Shown: positions 1 through 13,960 of the stretch, one piece after another
Layout: each line of letters opens with the position of its first letter
Position numbering within the stretch: position 1 is the stretch's first letter
Source: Felis catus
Lineage: Eukaryota
DNA length: 64,000 bases
NCBI RefSeq assembly: GCF_018350175.1
Contig: NC_058368.1
Coordinates: forward strand, 29,328,001 to 29,392,000
Reading direction: 5' to 3'
Notes under the pieces: generated by a model
Database searches by the model: none
Seen by the model: the letters and a program-made list of their open reading frames with translations, nothing else
Told to the model about the DNA's origin: nothing
Translations under genes and position numbers: made by a program

Positions 1-115
1 GACAGCTCGAGCGTGGAGCCTGCTTCAGATTCTGTGTCTCCCTCTCTCTCTGTCCCTCTCCCGTGTGCTCTCTCTCTCAAAAATAAATAAAAAATTTTAA
101 AAACAAACAAAAAAA
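1..115 (+). mobile_element. Can-SINE 3' part
   Basis: ggagcctgcttcagattctgtgtctccctctctc, aaaataaataa tail. Confidence 0.9.
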
Positions 116-695
116 CACTTTTGAAGCTCACATTCAGAGGTATAGGCTCACTAAAAGATTGAGACCTAATCACACCCTACCACAGGCCTATTTACAGGAG
201 TATATCATGTCTGGCTATCAAGAAAAAAACTGAAAGTCATACTAGAAGGCAAAAAACACAATCTGTAGAGACACAATAAGTATCAGAACCAGACAGGGCA
301 GTGATGTTGAAATTATCAGACCAGGAATTGAAAACAACTATAAATAGTATTCTAAGGGCTACTCTAATATTCTAACTATAATAATATTCCACAGATAAAG
401 TAAACAGCATGTAAGAACTGAAAGGTAAAGAGATGGAAGTTCTAAGACCCAAAAAGAAATGCTAGAGATCAAAACAACTGTAGGAGAAATGAAGAGTGCC
501 TTTGATGGGCTTATTGGTAGACTGGACACAGCTGAGGAAAGAATCTCTGAGCTTGAAGATATATCAATAGAAATTTTGAAGACTGAAAACCAAAGAGAAC
601 AAAGATAGTGGGGTGGGGGTCAGGAGTGGGGAGGAGAATGGAATAGAATAACCAAGGACCGTGGGACAACTACAAAAGGTGTAACATACACAAAA
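116..695 (+). mobile_element. Old L1 (L1M-type) 5'/ORF1 fragment
   Basis: gaaatgaagagtgcctttgatgggcttattggtagactggacacagctgaggaaagaatctctgagcttgaaga. Confidence 0.75.
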
Positions 696-940
696 TGGAT
701 TTAATCCTTTTCAAGTTAATTGTTGTGTATGGGTCCAATTTCATTCTTTTGCATGTGGTTATCCATTTTTCAACACCAATTGAAGAGACTATTCTTTACC
801 CATTGTGTATTTTTCCCTTGTCAAAGATTAGTTCACCATATATGCAGAAGTTCATTTTTGGGCTCTCTATTCTGTTCCATTGGTTTATCTGTTTTTATAC
901 CAATACCATACTCTTGTGATGACTGTAACTTTGTAGGATA

Positions 941-1257
941 CAGTTCCTTGAACAACATGGGTCTGAACTGCATGGGTCCACTTATACACAGAACTTTTTG
1001 ATAAATACAGTACTGTAAATATATTGTCTCATCCTTATGATTTTTAAATAATGTTTTCCTTTCTCTAGCTTACTTTATTGTAAGACTACAATATAATATA
1101 CATAACACACAAAATACATGTTAATTGTTCATGTTATTTGTAAGGCTTCCAGTCAACAGCAGGCTATTAGTAGTTAAGTTTGGGGGGAACCCATAGTTAT
1201 ACTCAGATTTTGACCGCACAGGGCACCCTCACTTCTGTGTTGTTCAAGGGACAACTG
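941..1257 (+). mobile_element. Tigger2-derived MITE (Tigger2a/MER28-like)
   Basis: TA target duplication; TIRs cagtt(gac)ccttgaacaaca / tgttgttcaagggacaactg. Confidence 0.85.
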
Positions 1258-1467
1258 TACTTTAAAATTAGAAATGTGATGCCTGTGACTTTGTTCTTCT
1301 TTTTCAAATTGCTTTAGCTATTCGGGGTCTTTTGTGATTCCATACGAATTATATGATTATTTTTTTTCTATTTCTGTGAAAAATGACATTAAAATTTTGA
1401 TAGAGATTGCATTGAATCTATAAATTGATTTGGGTGGTATAGACACTTTAACAATATTAATACTTCT

Positions 1468-1687
1468 TTTTTTTTTTAATTTTTTTTTCAACGTTTATTT
1501 ATGAGACAGAGAGAGACAGAGCATGAATGGGGGAGGGGCAGAGAGAGAGGGAGACACAGAATCGAAAACAGGCTCCAGGCTCCGAGCCATCAGCCCAGAG
1601 CCCGACGCGGGGCTCGAACTCCCGGACCGCGAGATCGTGACCTGGCTGAAGTCGGACGCTTAACCGACTGCGCCACCCAGGCGCCCC
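1468..1687 (-). mobile_element. Young felid SINEC_Fc
   Basis: CpGs intact; perfect 18-bp TSD aacaatattaatacttct (1450-1467, 1688-1705). Confidence 0.97.
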
Positions 1688-1861
1688 AACAATATTAATA
1701 CTTCTAACGCCTGAACATGAAATATCTTTCTGTTTGTACCTACTCAAATTTCTTTCATCCATGTCTTATGTTATGCCTTTCAGTGTACAGATCTTTTACC
1801 TTCTTGTTTAAATTTATTCCTAAGTATTTTATTGTTTCCAATGCTATTTTAAATTAGATTG

Positions 1862-2086
1862 TTTTTTTTAATTTTTTAAAAATGTTTTATTTATTTTTGA
1901 GTGGGAGAGAGTATGAGAGAGGGAGGGACAGAGAGAGAGACAGAGAGAGGGACACATAGAATCCAAAGCAGGCTCCAGGCTCTGAGCTGTCAGCACAGAG
2001 CCCAACACAGGGCTCCAACTCGTGAACCACAAGATCATGACCTGAGCCAAAGTTGGATGCTTAATGTATTGAGCCACCCAGGTACC
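1862..2086 (-). mobile_element. Can-SINE
   Basis: tRNA-derived head, (GA)n, poly(T). Confidence 0.92.
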
Positions 2087-2635
2087 TGTGAGATTGTTTT
2101 CTTAATTGCACTTTAAAATAGCTTGCTGTTAGTATATAGAAATACAACTGATTTTTTAAATTGATTTTTGTATATTGATTTTGTGTCTTGAAGTTTTATT
2201 GAATTTGTTGGTTAGATATAACAGTTTTGGGTGGAGTCTTTAGGGTTTTCTATATACAAGATGATGACATCTGAAAACAAAGATAATTTTACATCTTCCT
2301 TTCTAATATGGATGCCTTTTATTTATCCAATGTGAATTCCTAATTGCTCTGGCTAGGACTTCCAGTACTGTGTTGAACAGAAGTGATAAGTGTGGGCACT
2401 CTTGTATTGTTCCCAATCTTAAATAAAAAGCATTCATCTTTTCACCATTGAATATGATGTTAGCTGTGAGCTTGTCATACATGGCTTTTATTATGTTCAG
2501 GGGCATTCCTTCTATACCAAATTTTTGAAGGTTTTTATCATGAAAGAATATTGGATTTAGTCAAAATTTTTAGCATCCATCGAGATGACCATATAATTGT
2601 AATCCTTTGTTTTGTTAATGTGTTGTATCACATTT

Positions 2636-2812
2636 ATTTATTTTTTTAATGTTTATTCATTTAGAGAGAGAGAGAGAGAGAAAATGAGCAAGGGAGGGGC
2701 AGAGAGAGAGGCACAGAGCCTGACATGGGGCTCCCTCTCACGAACTGTGAGAACAGGACCTGAGCTGAATCAAGAGTCAGAAGCTTAACTGACTGAGCCA
2801 CCCAGGCACCCC
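2636..2812 (-). mobile_element. Can-SINE
   Basis: gactgagccacccaggcacccc end; TSD tgtatcacatt. Confidence 0.9.
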
Positions 2813-3411
2813 TGTATCACATTCATTGATTTATGTATAAGCCAACCTTGAATTCCAAAGATAATTCCCAGTTAATTATAATGAATGTATTGATCTATTT
2901 AATGTGCTTTGAATACAGTATGCTAGTATTTTTTTAAGTATAGTTGACACAATTTTACATCAGTTTCAGGCATACAACATAGTGATTTCGCAACTCTATA
3001 TGCTATGCTATACTGTGCTAGCATTTTATTGAGAATTTTTTAATCTATGTTCATCAGGGATATTGATCTATAATTTTCCTTTCTTATAGTATCCTTATCT
3101 GGCTTAGGTCTGAGAGTAAAGATAAAATGAGTTTCGAAGTGCTCTCCTTTTCAATTTTTGGAAGAGTTTAAGGAAGGATTGGCATTAATTATTTAAATGT
3201 TTTGTAGAATTTACCAACTAAGCCATATGGATGTGGGCTTTGTGGGGGGTAGTTTTTGATTACTGCTTCGATCTCCTCATCTGTTATTATTCTGTTCAGA
3301 TTTCCTTTTTCTTCCTGATTCAGTCATAGGTTCTATGTTCTAGGAATGTGTCCATTTTTTTCTAGGTTATATCTAATTTGCTGACTTATGATTGTTCATT
3401 GTAGTTTCTTA

Positions 3412-3618
3412 AATTTTTTTAATGTTTATTTATTTTTGAGACAGAGAGAGAGCATGAGCAGAGGAGGGAGAGAGAGAGAGGGAGATACAGAATCCGAAGC
3501 AGGCTCCAGGCTCTGAGCTGTCAGCACGGAGCCCAACGTGGGGCTCAAACTCAGGAGCTGTGAGATCATGACCTGAGCCGAGGTCAGATGCTTACCCAAC
3601 TGAGCCACCCAGGCGCCC
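3412..3618 (-). mobile_element. Can-SINE
   Basis: TSD tgttca(t/a)gtagtttct-like on both sides. Confidence 0.93.
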
Positions 3619-5973
3619 CTGTTCATAGTAGTTTCTGAGGATCCTTGGTTTTTCTGAGTTTTTAGCTGTATTATCTCCTTTTTCATTTACTATTTTATTT
3701 ACTTGAGTCTTCTTTTTCTTCCTACTTAGCCTAGCTTCAGGTTCATCATTTCTGTTTCTTTTGAAAACGCAGCTTTTACTTTTGTTGATCTTTTCTGTTG
3801 TTTTTCTAGTCTCTATTTCATTTATTTCTGCTCTGATCATTGTTTTCTTACTTTGCTATGTTTACTTTTTGTTTTCATTTTTGTTTTTCTAGTTCCTTGA
3901 GATGTAAAATTAGGTTGTTGATTTGAGATTTTTTTTTTCTGAATGTAGGTATTTATTGCTATAAATTTTCCTTTTAGAACTTCTTGTCCTGCGTCCCATA
4001 CATTTTGGTATTGTGTTTTAATTTCCTTTGTCTCAAAATATTTTTGGATACCCCATTTGATTTATTCTTTGACCTATTAGTTGCTCAGACATGTGTTGTT
4101 TAATGTACACATTATTTGTGAATTTTCAAATTATCCTTCTATTACTGATTTCTAGTTTTATATTATTGTGATCACTAACATATTATCTATCCTGGAGAAT
4201 ATTTCCTGTATGCTTGAGAAGAATATATATCCTGCTCCTGTTGGATAAAATGTTTGTACATGTCTGTTACATCTATTTGGTTTATGGTATTGTTCAAATT
4301 TGCTGTTTCCTTCATTTCCTGTCTGGATGATCTATCCATTGTTGACAGGGGAGGGGGGGTATTAAAGACTCATACAATTACTTTATTGTCTTTTATTATT
4401 GAATGCTTTTATTTATTTGTCTTCCTTAATTGCTTTAAGACTTTCCAGATTGTGTTGAATAAGAGCGATCAGAGTGGGCATTCTCGTCTTGTTCCTGATC
4501 TTTGAGATAAAGCTTTCAATCTTTTGCTGTTAAATCTGATGTTAGCTGTGGGTTTGGTGTATAAGACGTTTATTATGTTGGGGTATGTTCCTTCTGTACC
4601 TTATTTTTTAAGCATTTTTATCATGAAAGGATGTCATATTTTGTCAAATGCATTTTCTGTATCTATTGAGATGATGATACAATTTGTATCCTTCATTCTA
4701 TTTAATGTGGTGTATCACATTTACTGATTTGTATTTGTTGAACACTCTCTTGCATCTAGGTATGAATCCTACTTGATCATGGTGTATGATTCTTTTAATG
4801 TGCTCAACTAAAGTTTGCTAATATTTTGTTGAGCATTTTTGTATCTTTATTCATGGGAAATATTGGTCTATAGTTCTCTTTTTTTGGTAGTGTACTTATC
4901 TGGCTTTGGTATCAGGGTAATACTGGTCTCATAAAATGAGTTTGGAAGTGTTCCTTTCTTTTCAATTTTGTGGACCTTTGAAAAGGATTATCATTAATTC
5001 TTCTTTAAATATTTGATAGAATTCACCAGTGAAGTCATTTGGTCCTGAGCTTTTCTGTGTTGGGATGGTTTTGATTATCGATTTGATCTCATTACACAAT
5101 ATTGGTCTGTTCAGATTTTGTATTTCTTCCTGATTCAGTCTTGGTGGATTGCATGCTTTTAGAAATTTACCCAATTCTTCTAGATGATCCAATTTATTGG
5201 CATGTAATTGTTCACAGTGGTCTTTTACCGATTCTATGAATTTCTTCATATCAGTTGTAATGTCCCCTCTTTCATTTCTGACTATTTATTTGAGTCTTCT
5301 GTGGGTTTTTTTCTTAATTAAACTAGCAAAAGTTTTGTTATGTTTATCATCTATCATTTTGAATTTTGTTTATCATTTTGAAAAAGCAGCTTTACTTTCA
5401 TTGATCTTTCGTATTGTCTTTCTGGTCTCTATTCCATTTATTTCCACTAAGATCAGTGTTATTTCCCTTCCTTCTGCTAACTTTAGGTTTAGTTTGTTCC
5501 TCTTTTTCTAGTTCCTAGAGTTGTGAAGTTAGGTAGTGTTTGAGATCTTGCTATTTTCTTAAAATATTCATTTAATGCTATAAATATCCTTGTTAGAACT
5601 ATTTTTGCAGCATCCCAAATGTTTTGGTATGTTGCGTTTCCATGTTCATTTGTTTTGAGATATGTTTTTGTTTCTTTTTTCATTTTTTGTTTGACCTATT
5701 CATTGTTCTGGAGTGTGTTATTTAGTTTCCACTTGCTTGAAAATATCCAGCTTTCCTTTTGCTGCTGATTTCTAGTTTCATACCATTGTTATCAAAAAAG
5801 ATATTTGGTATGATTTCAATTATCTTAAATATTCTAATATTGCTGCATGGCCTATCATGTGATCTGTCCTGGAGAGTATTCCATGTGTGCTTGAGAAGAA
5901 TGTGTATTCTGCTACTGGGTGGAATGTTCTATAAATATGTGTTAGATGTGTTTGTCTAAAGTGGTTCCGGTCT

Positions 5974-6190
5974 GGGACATCTGGATGGCTCAGTCGGTTG
6001 AGTGTCCGACTTTGGCTCTGGTCAGGATCTCAACTGCTTGTGGATTCTAGCCCCAAGTCAGGCTTGATACTGACAGGTTAGAGCCTGGAGCCTCCTTTGG
6101 ATTCTGCGTCTTCCTCCCTATCTGCCCCTCCCCCACTCATGCTCTGTCTCTTTCTCTCTCTCTCAAAAATAAATAAACATTTTTAAAAAT
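5974..6190 (+). mobile_element. Can-SINE
   Basis: tggctcagtcggttgag head, (CT)n, aataaa tail. Confidence 0.9.
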
Positions 6191-7077
6191 TCGTAAGTGG
6201 TTCAAGTCCAATGTTCCCTTCTTGATCATTCCCTGGATGATCTGTCAATCGCTGAAAGTGTAGTATTGAAATCCCCTACTATTATTGTATTTTAGTCTGT
6301 TTTTCCCTTCAGATCTTTTAGTATTTGCTTAATATATTTAGATATTCCATTCTGGGTGTGCATATTTATAATTATTATATGTTCTTGATGAATTGACTCC
6401 TATATCATTATATAAATATCTTCTTTGTCTCTTGTTACTGTTTTTGGCTTCAAGTCTATTTTGTCTGAATCTTTTGGATTCCACTTGCATGGAACATCTT
6501 TTTCCCTCTCTTCACTTTGAGCTTATGTGTGTTCTTAAATTTGAAGTGAATCTTTTATAGGCAGCAGATAGATGGTTCTTGGTTTTTTATCTATCCAGTC
6601 ATTCTGTGCCTTTTGATTGGTGAACAATCCATTTATATTTAATTATTGGTATGTAGGGACTTACTAATACCATCTTATTAATTGCTTTCTGGTGGTTTTA
6701 TAGTTTCATTGTTTCCTTCTCCCCATGTTTTGCCTATCTTTGTAAATTGGTAGTTTTCCATTGTTGGATACTCTGTTTCTTCTTTATCTTCTGTGCATCT
6801 GCTCTAAGGCTTTGCTTTGTGGTTACCACAAGGCTTACACAAAACATCATATAGAAAAAGTGATTCATTTTAAGCTGATTGCAACTTAACTTTGATCACA
6901 TAAAAAAACTCTACCTTTATGTCCACCCTTTATATTTTTGGTGTTATAACTTACTTTTCATTAAAATGTGTACTTATTAACTAATTATAGTAGCTACAGT
7001 TATTTTATTTTACTCTATTCCTTCAACCTTTATACTTTAGCTAAGTACATCATCCTATTACAAAACTAGAGTTTTCT

Positions 7078-7272
7078 CCTTTTTAAATGTTTGTTTATTT
7101 TGAGAGAGCACAAGTGGGAGGGGCGGAGAGAGGGGGAAAGAGAGAACACAAGCAGGTTCTGCATCATCAGCACAGAGCCCAACATGGGGCTTGATCCCAC
7201 CAACCTTAAGATCATGACCTGAGCTGAACTCAAGAGTCAGATGCTTAACTGACTGAGCACCCAGATGCCCCC
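7078..7272 (-). mobile_element. Can-SINE
   Basis: Standard antisense structure. Confidence 0.9.
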
Positions 7273-9543
7273 AACATGAGAGTTTTCTAAATCTGACTGT
7301 GTATTTACCTTTACCACTGTGTTGGATGCTTTCACATGTTTTATTGTCAATAATTAGCATCTTTTCATTTCACTTAACATTATACTGTCTAGATCCATTT
7401 ATATTGTTGCAAATGGCAAGATTTCATTCTTTTTATGGCTGAATAATACACATTACCTCTTCTTTATTCATTTATTTATTGATGGACACTTGAGTTGCTC
7501 CCATATCTTGGCTATTGTAAATAATGCTGTAATACCATAGGGGTTAAATTCATGTTTTTGTTTTCTTTGGGTAAATACCTAGTAGTGGTATTACTGGATC
7601 ATGTGGTATTTCTATTTTTAACTTTTGAAGAACCTCTACAATGTATTCCACAGTGGCTGCATCAGTTTGTATTCCCACCAACAATGCATGAGGGATCATT
7701 TTTCTCCACATCTTCACCAACACTTCTTGGTTCTTGTGTTTATGTTAGCCATTCTGATGGGTGTAAGGTAATATCTCATTGTTGTTTTGATTTGCGTTTT
7801 CCTGATGATTAGTGATGTTGAGCTTCTTTTCATGTGTCTGTCAGTCATATGTTTGTCTTCTTTGGGAAAATATCTATTCATGCCCTCTCCCATTTTTTAA
7901 TTGGATCATCTGGGTGTTTTGGTGTTGAGTTGTATAAGTTCTTTATGTATTTTGTATATTTACCTCTTATTAGATATATCATTTGCAATTATCTTTTTCC
8001 CAAAAAGGTTCCCTTTTTGTTTTAGTGATAATTTCCTTTGCTGTGCAAAAGCTTTTTTTTTTTCTTCTTAATGTAGTCCTAATAGTTTAATTTTCCTTTT
8101 ATTTCCCTTAGCAGTGGAGACACATCTAGAAAAATGTTTTTATGGCTGATATCAAAGAAATTACTGCCTATGTATTCTTCTAAGAATTCTATAGTTTCAG
8201 GTCTCACATTTAGGTTTTTAATCTATTTTGAGTTTATATTTGTGTATGGTTAAGAATGATATATGGTGTATGGTGTCCGGTTTCATTTTTATGGCATGTA
8301 GCTGTTCAGTTTTCCCAACAATATTTGTCGAAAAGACTGCATTTTTCCCATTGTATATTCTTCCTTCGTCATAGATTAATTGACCAGAAAATTATTGGGT
8401 TTATTTCTGGACTTTCTACGTGGTTTTCCATTGATCTATGTGTCTATTTTTGTGCTAGTACCATACTGTTTTGATTACTGTAGCCTTGTAGTATATCTTG
8501 AAATTTGAGATTGTGATACCTTCAGATTTGTTTTTTGGTTTTTGCTTTTTCAAATTGCTTTGGCTATTAGGGTCTTTTGCGGATCCATATAGATTTTAAG
8601 ATTATTTGTTCTAGTTCTGTAGGAATTGCTGTTGGTGTTTTGATAAGGATTGAATTAAATCTGTAGATTGCTCTGGGTAGTATGGAAATCTTAACAATAT
8701 TGGTTCTCCAAATCCATGAGCATGGAATATCTTCCTATTTATTTGCATCATCTTCAGTTTCTTTCATCAGTGTTTTATAGTTTTCAGAGAATGATGTAGA
8801 TTTCTCCTCTTTGGTTAAGTTTATTCCTATATATTTTATTTTATTTTTTTGGTGCAATTTTAAATGCTATTATTCTCTTAGTTTCTCTTTCTACCACTTT
8901 TAGTGTATAGGAACACAACACATTTCTGCATGTTAATTTTGTATCCTGAGACTTTACTGAATTTATTTACCAGTTCTAGTAGTGTTTTGGTGAAGTCTTT
9001 AGGGAATTCTCTATATAATACCATGTCATCTGCAAATAGTGACAGTTTTACTTCTTCCTTACCAATTCAGATGCCATTTTTGTTTGTTTGTTTGTTGTTT
9101 TCTGCTGTAGCTAGGATTTCCAGTACTATGTTGAATAAAAGTAGTGAGAATGGGCATCTTTGTCTTGTTCCTGACCTTAGAGGAGAAGCTCTCAGTTTTT
9201 TACCATTGATATTAGCTGTGGATTTTTTATATATGTCCTTTATTTTGTTGAGGTGTGTTCCTTCTAAATGTACTTTGTTGAGTTTTCATCATGAATAGAT
9301 ATTGGACTTTGTCAAATGCTTTTTCTGCAACTATTGAAATGATCATACGCTTTTTATTCTTTCTCTTCTTAATGTGAGGTATCACACTGATTAATTTGTA
9401 AATATTGAACCACCTTGCATCACTGGAATAAACTCCACTTGATCACGGTGAATGATTTGTTAATGTACAGTTGGATTCAGTCTGCTAATATTTTGATGAA
9501 GATTTTTGCATCTATGTTTATCAGAGATACTGGCCTGTAGTTT

Positions 9544-9545
<2 letters not shown>

Positions 9546-9579
<34 letters not shown>
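9546..9579. repeat. Poly(T) tract inside L1 ORF2
   Basis: About 34 consecutive T. Confidence 0.95.
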
Positions 9580-9580
<1 letters not shown>

Positions 9581-10013
9581 TATTGTCTTTATCTGGTTTT
9601 GGTATCAGGGTAATGCTTGCTTCATAGAATGAATTTGGAATCTGTCCCTTCCCTTCTATTTTTGGGAATAGTTTGAGAAGAATAGGCACTAACTCTTCCT
9701 TAAACATTTGGTAGAATTCACAGTGAAGCCATCTCGTCCTGGACTTTTGTTTGTTGAGGGTTTATTACTATTACTACTACTACTACTACTGATTCAATTT
9801 TATTGCTAGTAATCAGTCTGTTCAAATTTTGTATTTCTTCCTGATGCAGTTTTGGAAGTTTATATATTGCAAGGAATTTATCCATTTCTTGTAGGTTGTG
9901 CAATTCTTCTAGGTTTGTTGGCATATAATTTTTCATAGTATTCTCTTGTAATTCTTTGTACTTCTCTGGTGTTGTTTATTTCTCCTCCTTCATTTCTGAC
10001 TTTATTTATTTGA

Positions 10014-10014
<1 letters not shown>

Positions 10015-10052
<38 letters not shown>
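10015..10052. repeat. (TC)n microsatellite
   Basis: Read directly. Confidence 0.95.
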
Positions 10053-10056
<4 letters not shown>

Positions 10057-10419
10057 GTGTCTCTTTTTCTCCGCACCCCCCTCCACCCACAACCCCATCT
10101 CTTTTGATGCTGCTAGCTAAGGATTTATCAATTTTGTTGATCTTTTCAAAGAACCAGCTCCTGGTTCTGTTCTATTGTCTTTTTAAGTCTCTATTTCATT
10201 TCTTTCTGCTCTAATTTTACCCTTTCTTTCCTTCTACTTGCTTTGGGCTTTGTTTCTTCTTCTTCTCCAGTTCCTTTAGGTGTAAGATTAGGTTGTTGAG
10301 ATTTTTCTTGCATCTTGAGGTCAGCTTTTATTGCTATAATCTTCCCTTTTAGAATAGTTTTTGCTGTATTCCAAAGATTTGGGACCATTGTGTTTTCATT
10401 TTCATTTGTCTCCATGTAT

Positions 10420-10657
10420 TTTTTTTTATTTTTTTAAATTTATTATTATTTTTTTAATGTTTATTCGTTTTTGAGAGAGACAGAGACAGAGCTTGAGTGG
10501 GGGAGGGGCAGAGAGAGAGGGAGACACAGAATCTGAAGCAGGCTCCAGGCTCTGAGCTGTCAACACAGAGCCCGATGCGGGGCTTGAACCCACAGACCGT
10601 GAGATCATGATCTGAGCCAAAGTCGGATGCCCAACTGACTGAGCCACTCAGGTGCCC
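10420..10657 (-). mobile_element. Can-SINE
   Basis: TSD ctccatgtattttt. Confidence 0.93.
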
Positions 10658-13510
10658 CTCCATGTATTTTTTTTTAATTTCCATTTGATTTCATGGTTGA
10701 CCTATTCATTGTTTAGTGTCATGTTATTTAAACTCCATGTATTTGTGTTCTTTACAGATTTTTTTCTTGCGATTGATTTCTAGTTTCATACCATTGTGGT
10801 TGGAAAAAATGCATGATATGATTTCAGTCTTTTTGAGTTTGTTGAGACTTGTTTTGTGGCCCAACATGTGACCTATTCTGGAGAAGTTTCCTGTGCTCTT
10901 GAAAAGAATATGTATTCTGCTCTTTTAGGATGGAGTATTCTGAATATATCTGTTAGAACTATGTTGTCTAATGCATCATTCAAAGCCACCATTTCCTCGT
11001 TGATTTTCTGGTTGGATGATCTATGCATTGATATAAACTAAGCTGTTAAAGTCCCCTACTATTATTGAATTGCTATCAATTACTCCCTTTATATTTGGTA
11101 TTAGCTGCTTTATTCATTTGGGTGCTCCCATCTTGGGTGATAAATATTTACAGTTGTTACATCTTCTAACTGGATTGGTCCCTTTATCATTAGGTAGTGT
11201 CCTTCTTTGTTTCATATTATAGTCTTTGAAAGTCAATTTTTTTTTCCAATGTTAGGAATGCTACTCCAGCTTTCTTTTCACTTCCATTTTTGCATGATAT
11301 CTTTCCATCCTTTTACTTTCCATCTGGATGTGTCTTTCAGTCTGAAGTGAGTCTCTTATAGACAGCATATGGATGGATTGCTTTTTTATCCATTCACTAA
11401 CCCTATGTCTTTTGATTGGAACACTTACTCCATTTGCATTCAAAGTAATTATTGATAAGTATGTACTTACTGGCATTTTGTTACTTTTTTATGGAAGGTT
11501 TTTGTAGTTCTTCTCCATTCCTCTCTTCTCTTGCTCTTCCCTTGTTGTTTGATGGCTTTCTTTAGTGATATGTTTATATTCCTTTTTCTTTATTTTTTGC
11601 ATGTATATTACGGGTTTTCAGCTTGTTGTTACCATTAGGTTTATATACAACATCTTACACATATAGCAGTCTATATTTAGTTATTGGTTGCTTAAGTCTT
11701 AACCCATTCTAAAAGCTCTGAATTGCTAGTCTCCCCACCCCTATTTTACATATGTGATGTCCTACTTTACATTGTTTTATTCTGTGACTACTTTGACAAA
11801 TTTTTATAGATATAATTGATTTTACAGCTTTTGTCCTGTTCTTTCATTTAGGGTATATTCCTCTGTCTCATTTTGTCTAATTCTCTGTGTTTATTTCTAT
11901 GTATTCGGAAATTCAGCTACATCTCCTGCTCTTGAAAGTAGTGGACTTATGAAGAAGAGGTCCTGTAGTGGCCTGTAGTGCAATGTCCCCAGCTCAACAG
12001 GGGTATCTCTTGTGTGTTTTGTGTGCCCTACTATTGTGGCTGAGCCAGGTTTGCCTTCAGTATAGTTGGCTGCAGTGGCCCACTTTGCCTGTGGTGAGCA
12101 ACGTTTGTTCCCTGTGCTGTTAAGAGACCAGTCTGGGGTACCTTGTGTTTGCAGTTGGGTCAGACCAGATACCTGCCCTCAGCCCATGTGACAGGGCTGC
12201 AGTTGCACTAAGCTGCAAGACACTCTCCCTGTGTTGTCTCCTGAGAGGAATTTATTGGGGGTGGAGCCTGCAGTCAGACCAGACGGCTGCCCCCAGTCCT
12301 ATCTGTTGGGGTTGCAGTGGCCCCAAACTATAGGACTCTCTCCTTGTGCTGCCTCCTGTGAGGTTTTGTTAGTGGGCAGTGCTGGCAATAAGATCAGATG
12401 TATGATCTGTAATAGCTTCTCCAGCCTACTCCTGGAGATGCAGCTGCACTGGTGTGTGTGTGTGCGGTTATCTTCCCGTCTTCCCAGTGCAGGAGTCATT
12501 TTGGAGCGGTGCTATTCGCTGTCAGGGCTGCTTGCAGAATGAGACACATCAGGAGCACTGTGGAGAGATTCCTGCTGAATGAGCAGGTTGGAGTAGGAAG
12601 ATCTGCAGGAGAACATGGGAGTGGGGCGTGTGGTATTAGCAAGCTAAATGGAGAGTGTTCAAGCTGGTTCCTGCAGGTGGCCAGCTATCTAGGCTGGGTG
12701 GTGGAAATGGGGAAGAAATGGCACCCATCATCTTTTTTGTTCTTGGAGAAGCCTCCTAAAGATCCCTGACTGACTTGCACATGTTCTGAGATTAGTAAAT
12801 AAATCTCCTTCCCCTATCCCCCAGGCTCTTTTCAAACTGCTGCTTCTATGCTGTATCTTGGCAGGATTGTTTGTTATGTCATCTCTTTAAGGACAGGAAC
12901 TCAGTTTTTTATCACCATCTGGCTCTCCCAAGAGCCGAGCTTGTTCATTTTTAAAGTACCTAGAGTTAACCTCCACTGGTTTTACAAACTCTTGAAGTTA
13001 AGCCCTACTGGTTTTCAAAGCCAAAGGTTATAGGGACTTGTTTTCCCGGTACAGGTCTCCTGTTACTGGGATGCCTGGCGTGGGTTCTGTTCCTCTCCCT
13101 TCTCCATGCTTGTGGTGTCCCTCCCTTTTGTGGTTAGTCTCACAGGAGAGTTTGGTTCATCTCGACTTCCACCACTCCTACTCTTTCTGATGTGACCTCC
13201 TCTCTATAATTAACAGTAGAGACTCTGTTCTGCCAGTCTTTGGATTGTTATCTGGGTTAGTTGCACTGATGTGACTGGTATCTAGGTGTATCTGTGGGAC
13301 AAGATGAGCTTAGGATCCTCCTACCCCACCATCTTCCCAAGCTCCTCCTATCTTTGATTTTTGACAGTTTTAATATAGTTTGTCTTAGACAAGGTTGTTT
13401 TGCATTGAGATAATAGGGTGATCTATTATCATTATGTACTTGGATATCTAATTCTCTTCCCAGGATTGGAAAATTCTCAACTTTATTTCTTTAAATAAAC
13501 TTTCTGCCCC

Positions 13511-13960
13511 TGTAACCAGAGCCCAAGGGTGCAAGAGCGCCTAGTTCCCAGGGTCCCAACAGACCAGGTTCAGCAACTCATCACTGACAAATCCAGAGGC
13601 ATAGAGATGAGTGGTGGTGAAACTAGAAAGGAATTTATTTCAGTGAGGCCAACACTGGGGAAACAGTAGACTAGCTTCTCAAAGACAGTCTCCAAAGTGC
13701 TGAAAATTCTTTCAGGTTTATATAAGAAAAATGTGGGATCAAATTTGGTGGGTACGTGCATCTGGGCAGTAAAGATAGATCACTGTCTAGGGGTCAATTA
13801 CATGGGGTCTGTATTCCTTGAGGAGGTAGCTTCCGTTCTCATCACAGGATGCTTTTGGCTGCTAGGTCTTTTGCCTGAGTTAAAAGATAAGCTGGAAAGA
13901 ACTTAATTAAAAAATACAGACTGAGGTCAAATGGAGGTAGTTGAGGTCGTCTTCCTCCCA
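13511..13960 (-). mobile_element. Solo LTR (ERV1-like, 450 bp) inserted in L1
   Basis: TG...CA termini, flanks gcccc/acccc, minus-strand AATAAA (~13634) and TATA (~13717); L1 sequence resumes on both sides. Confidence 0.75.

Larger units (their letters stand above)
697..4395 (-). mobile_element. L1 ORF2 fragment (decayed)
   Basis: Minus ORFs [20 protein letters not shown]...[15 protein letters not shown] and IRAEINEIETRKTTEKINKSKS; interrupted by Tigger and SINEs. Confidence 0.9.
4400..7372 (-). mobile_element. L1 ORF2 5' half and inter-ORF region (host element, part 1)
   Basis: ANKLDHLEELGKFL...PRLNQEEIQNLNRPI...GPNDFTGEFYQIFKEEL; TYQNIWDAAK. Confidence 0.9.
7376..13348 (-). mobile_element. 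Near full-length carnivore L1 (decayed; most of ORF1 appears deleted)
   Basis: 3' UTR near 7376, ORF2 ([13 protein letters not shown]...[27 protein letters not shown]), GC-richer 5' UTR, and 5' end reading aagatggtgg on the minus strand near 13330. Confidence 0.9.

Noticed and set aside
116..695. Similarity to 52590-53500 as a segmental duplication
   Set aside because: Both are diverged copies of an old L1 5'/ORF1 region.
1468..1687. tRNA genes suggested by A-box/B-box motifs
   Set aside because: These are the tRNA-derived heads of Can-SINEs, followed by (CT)n and poly(A).
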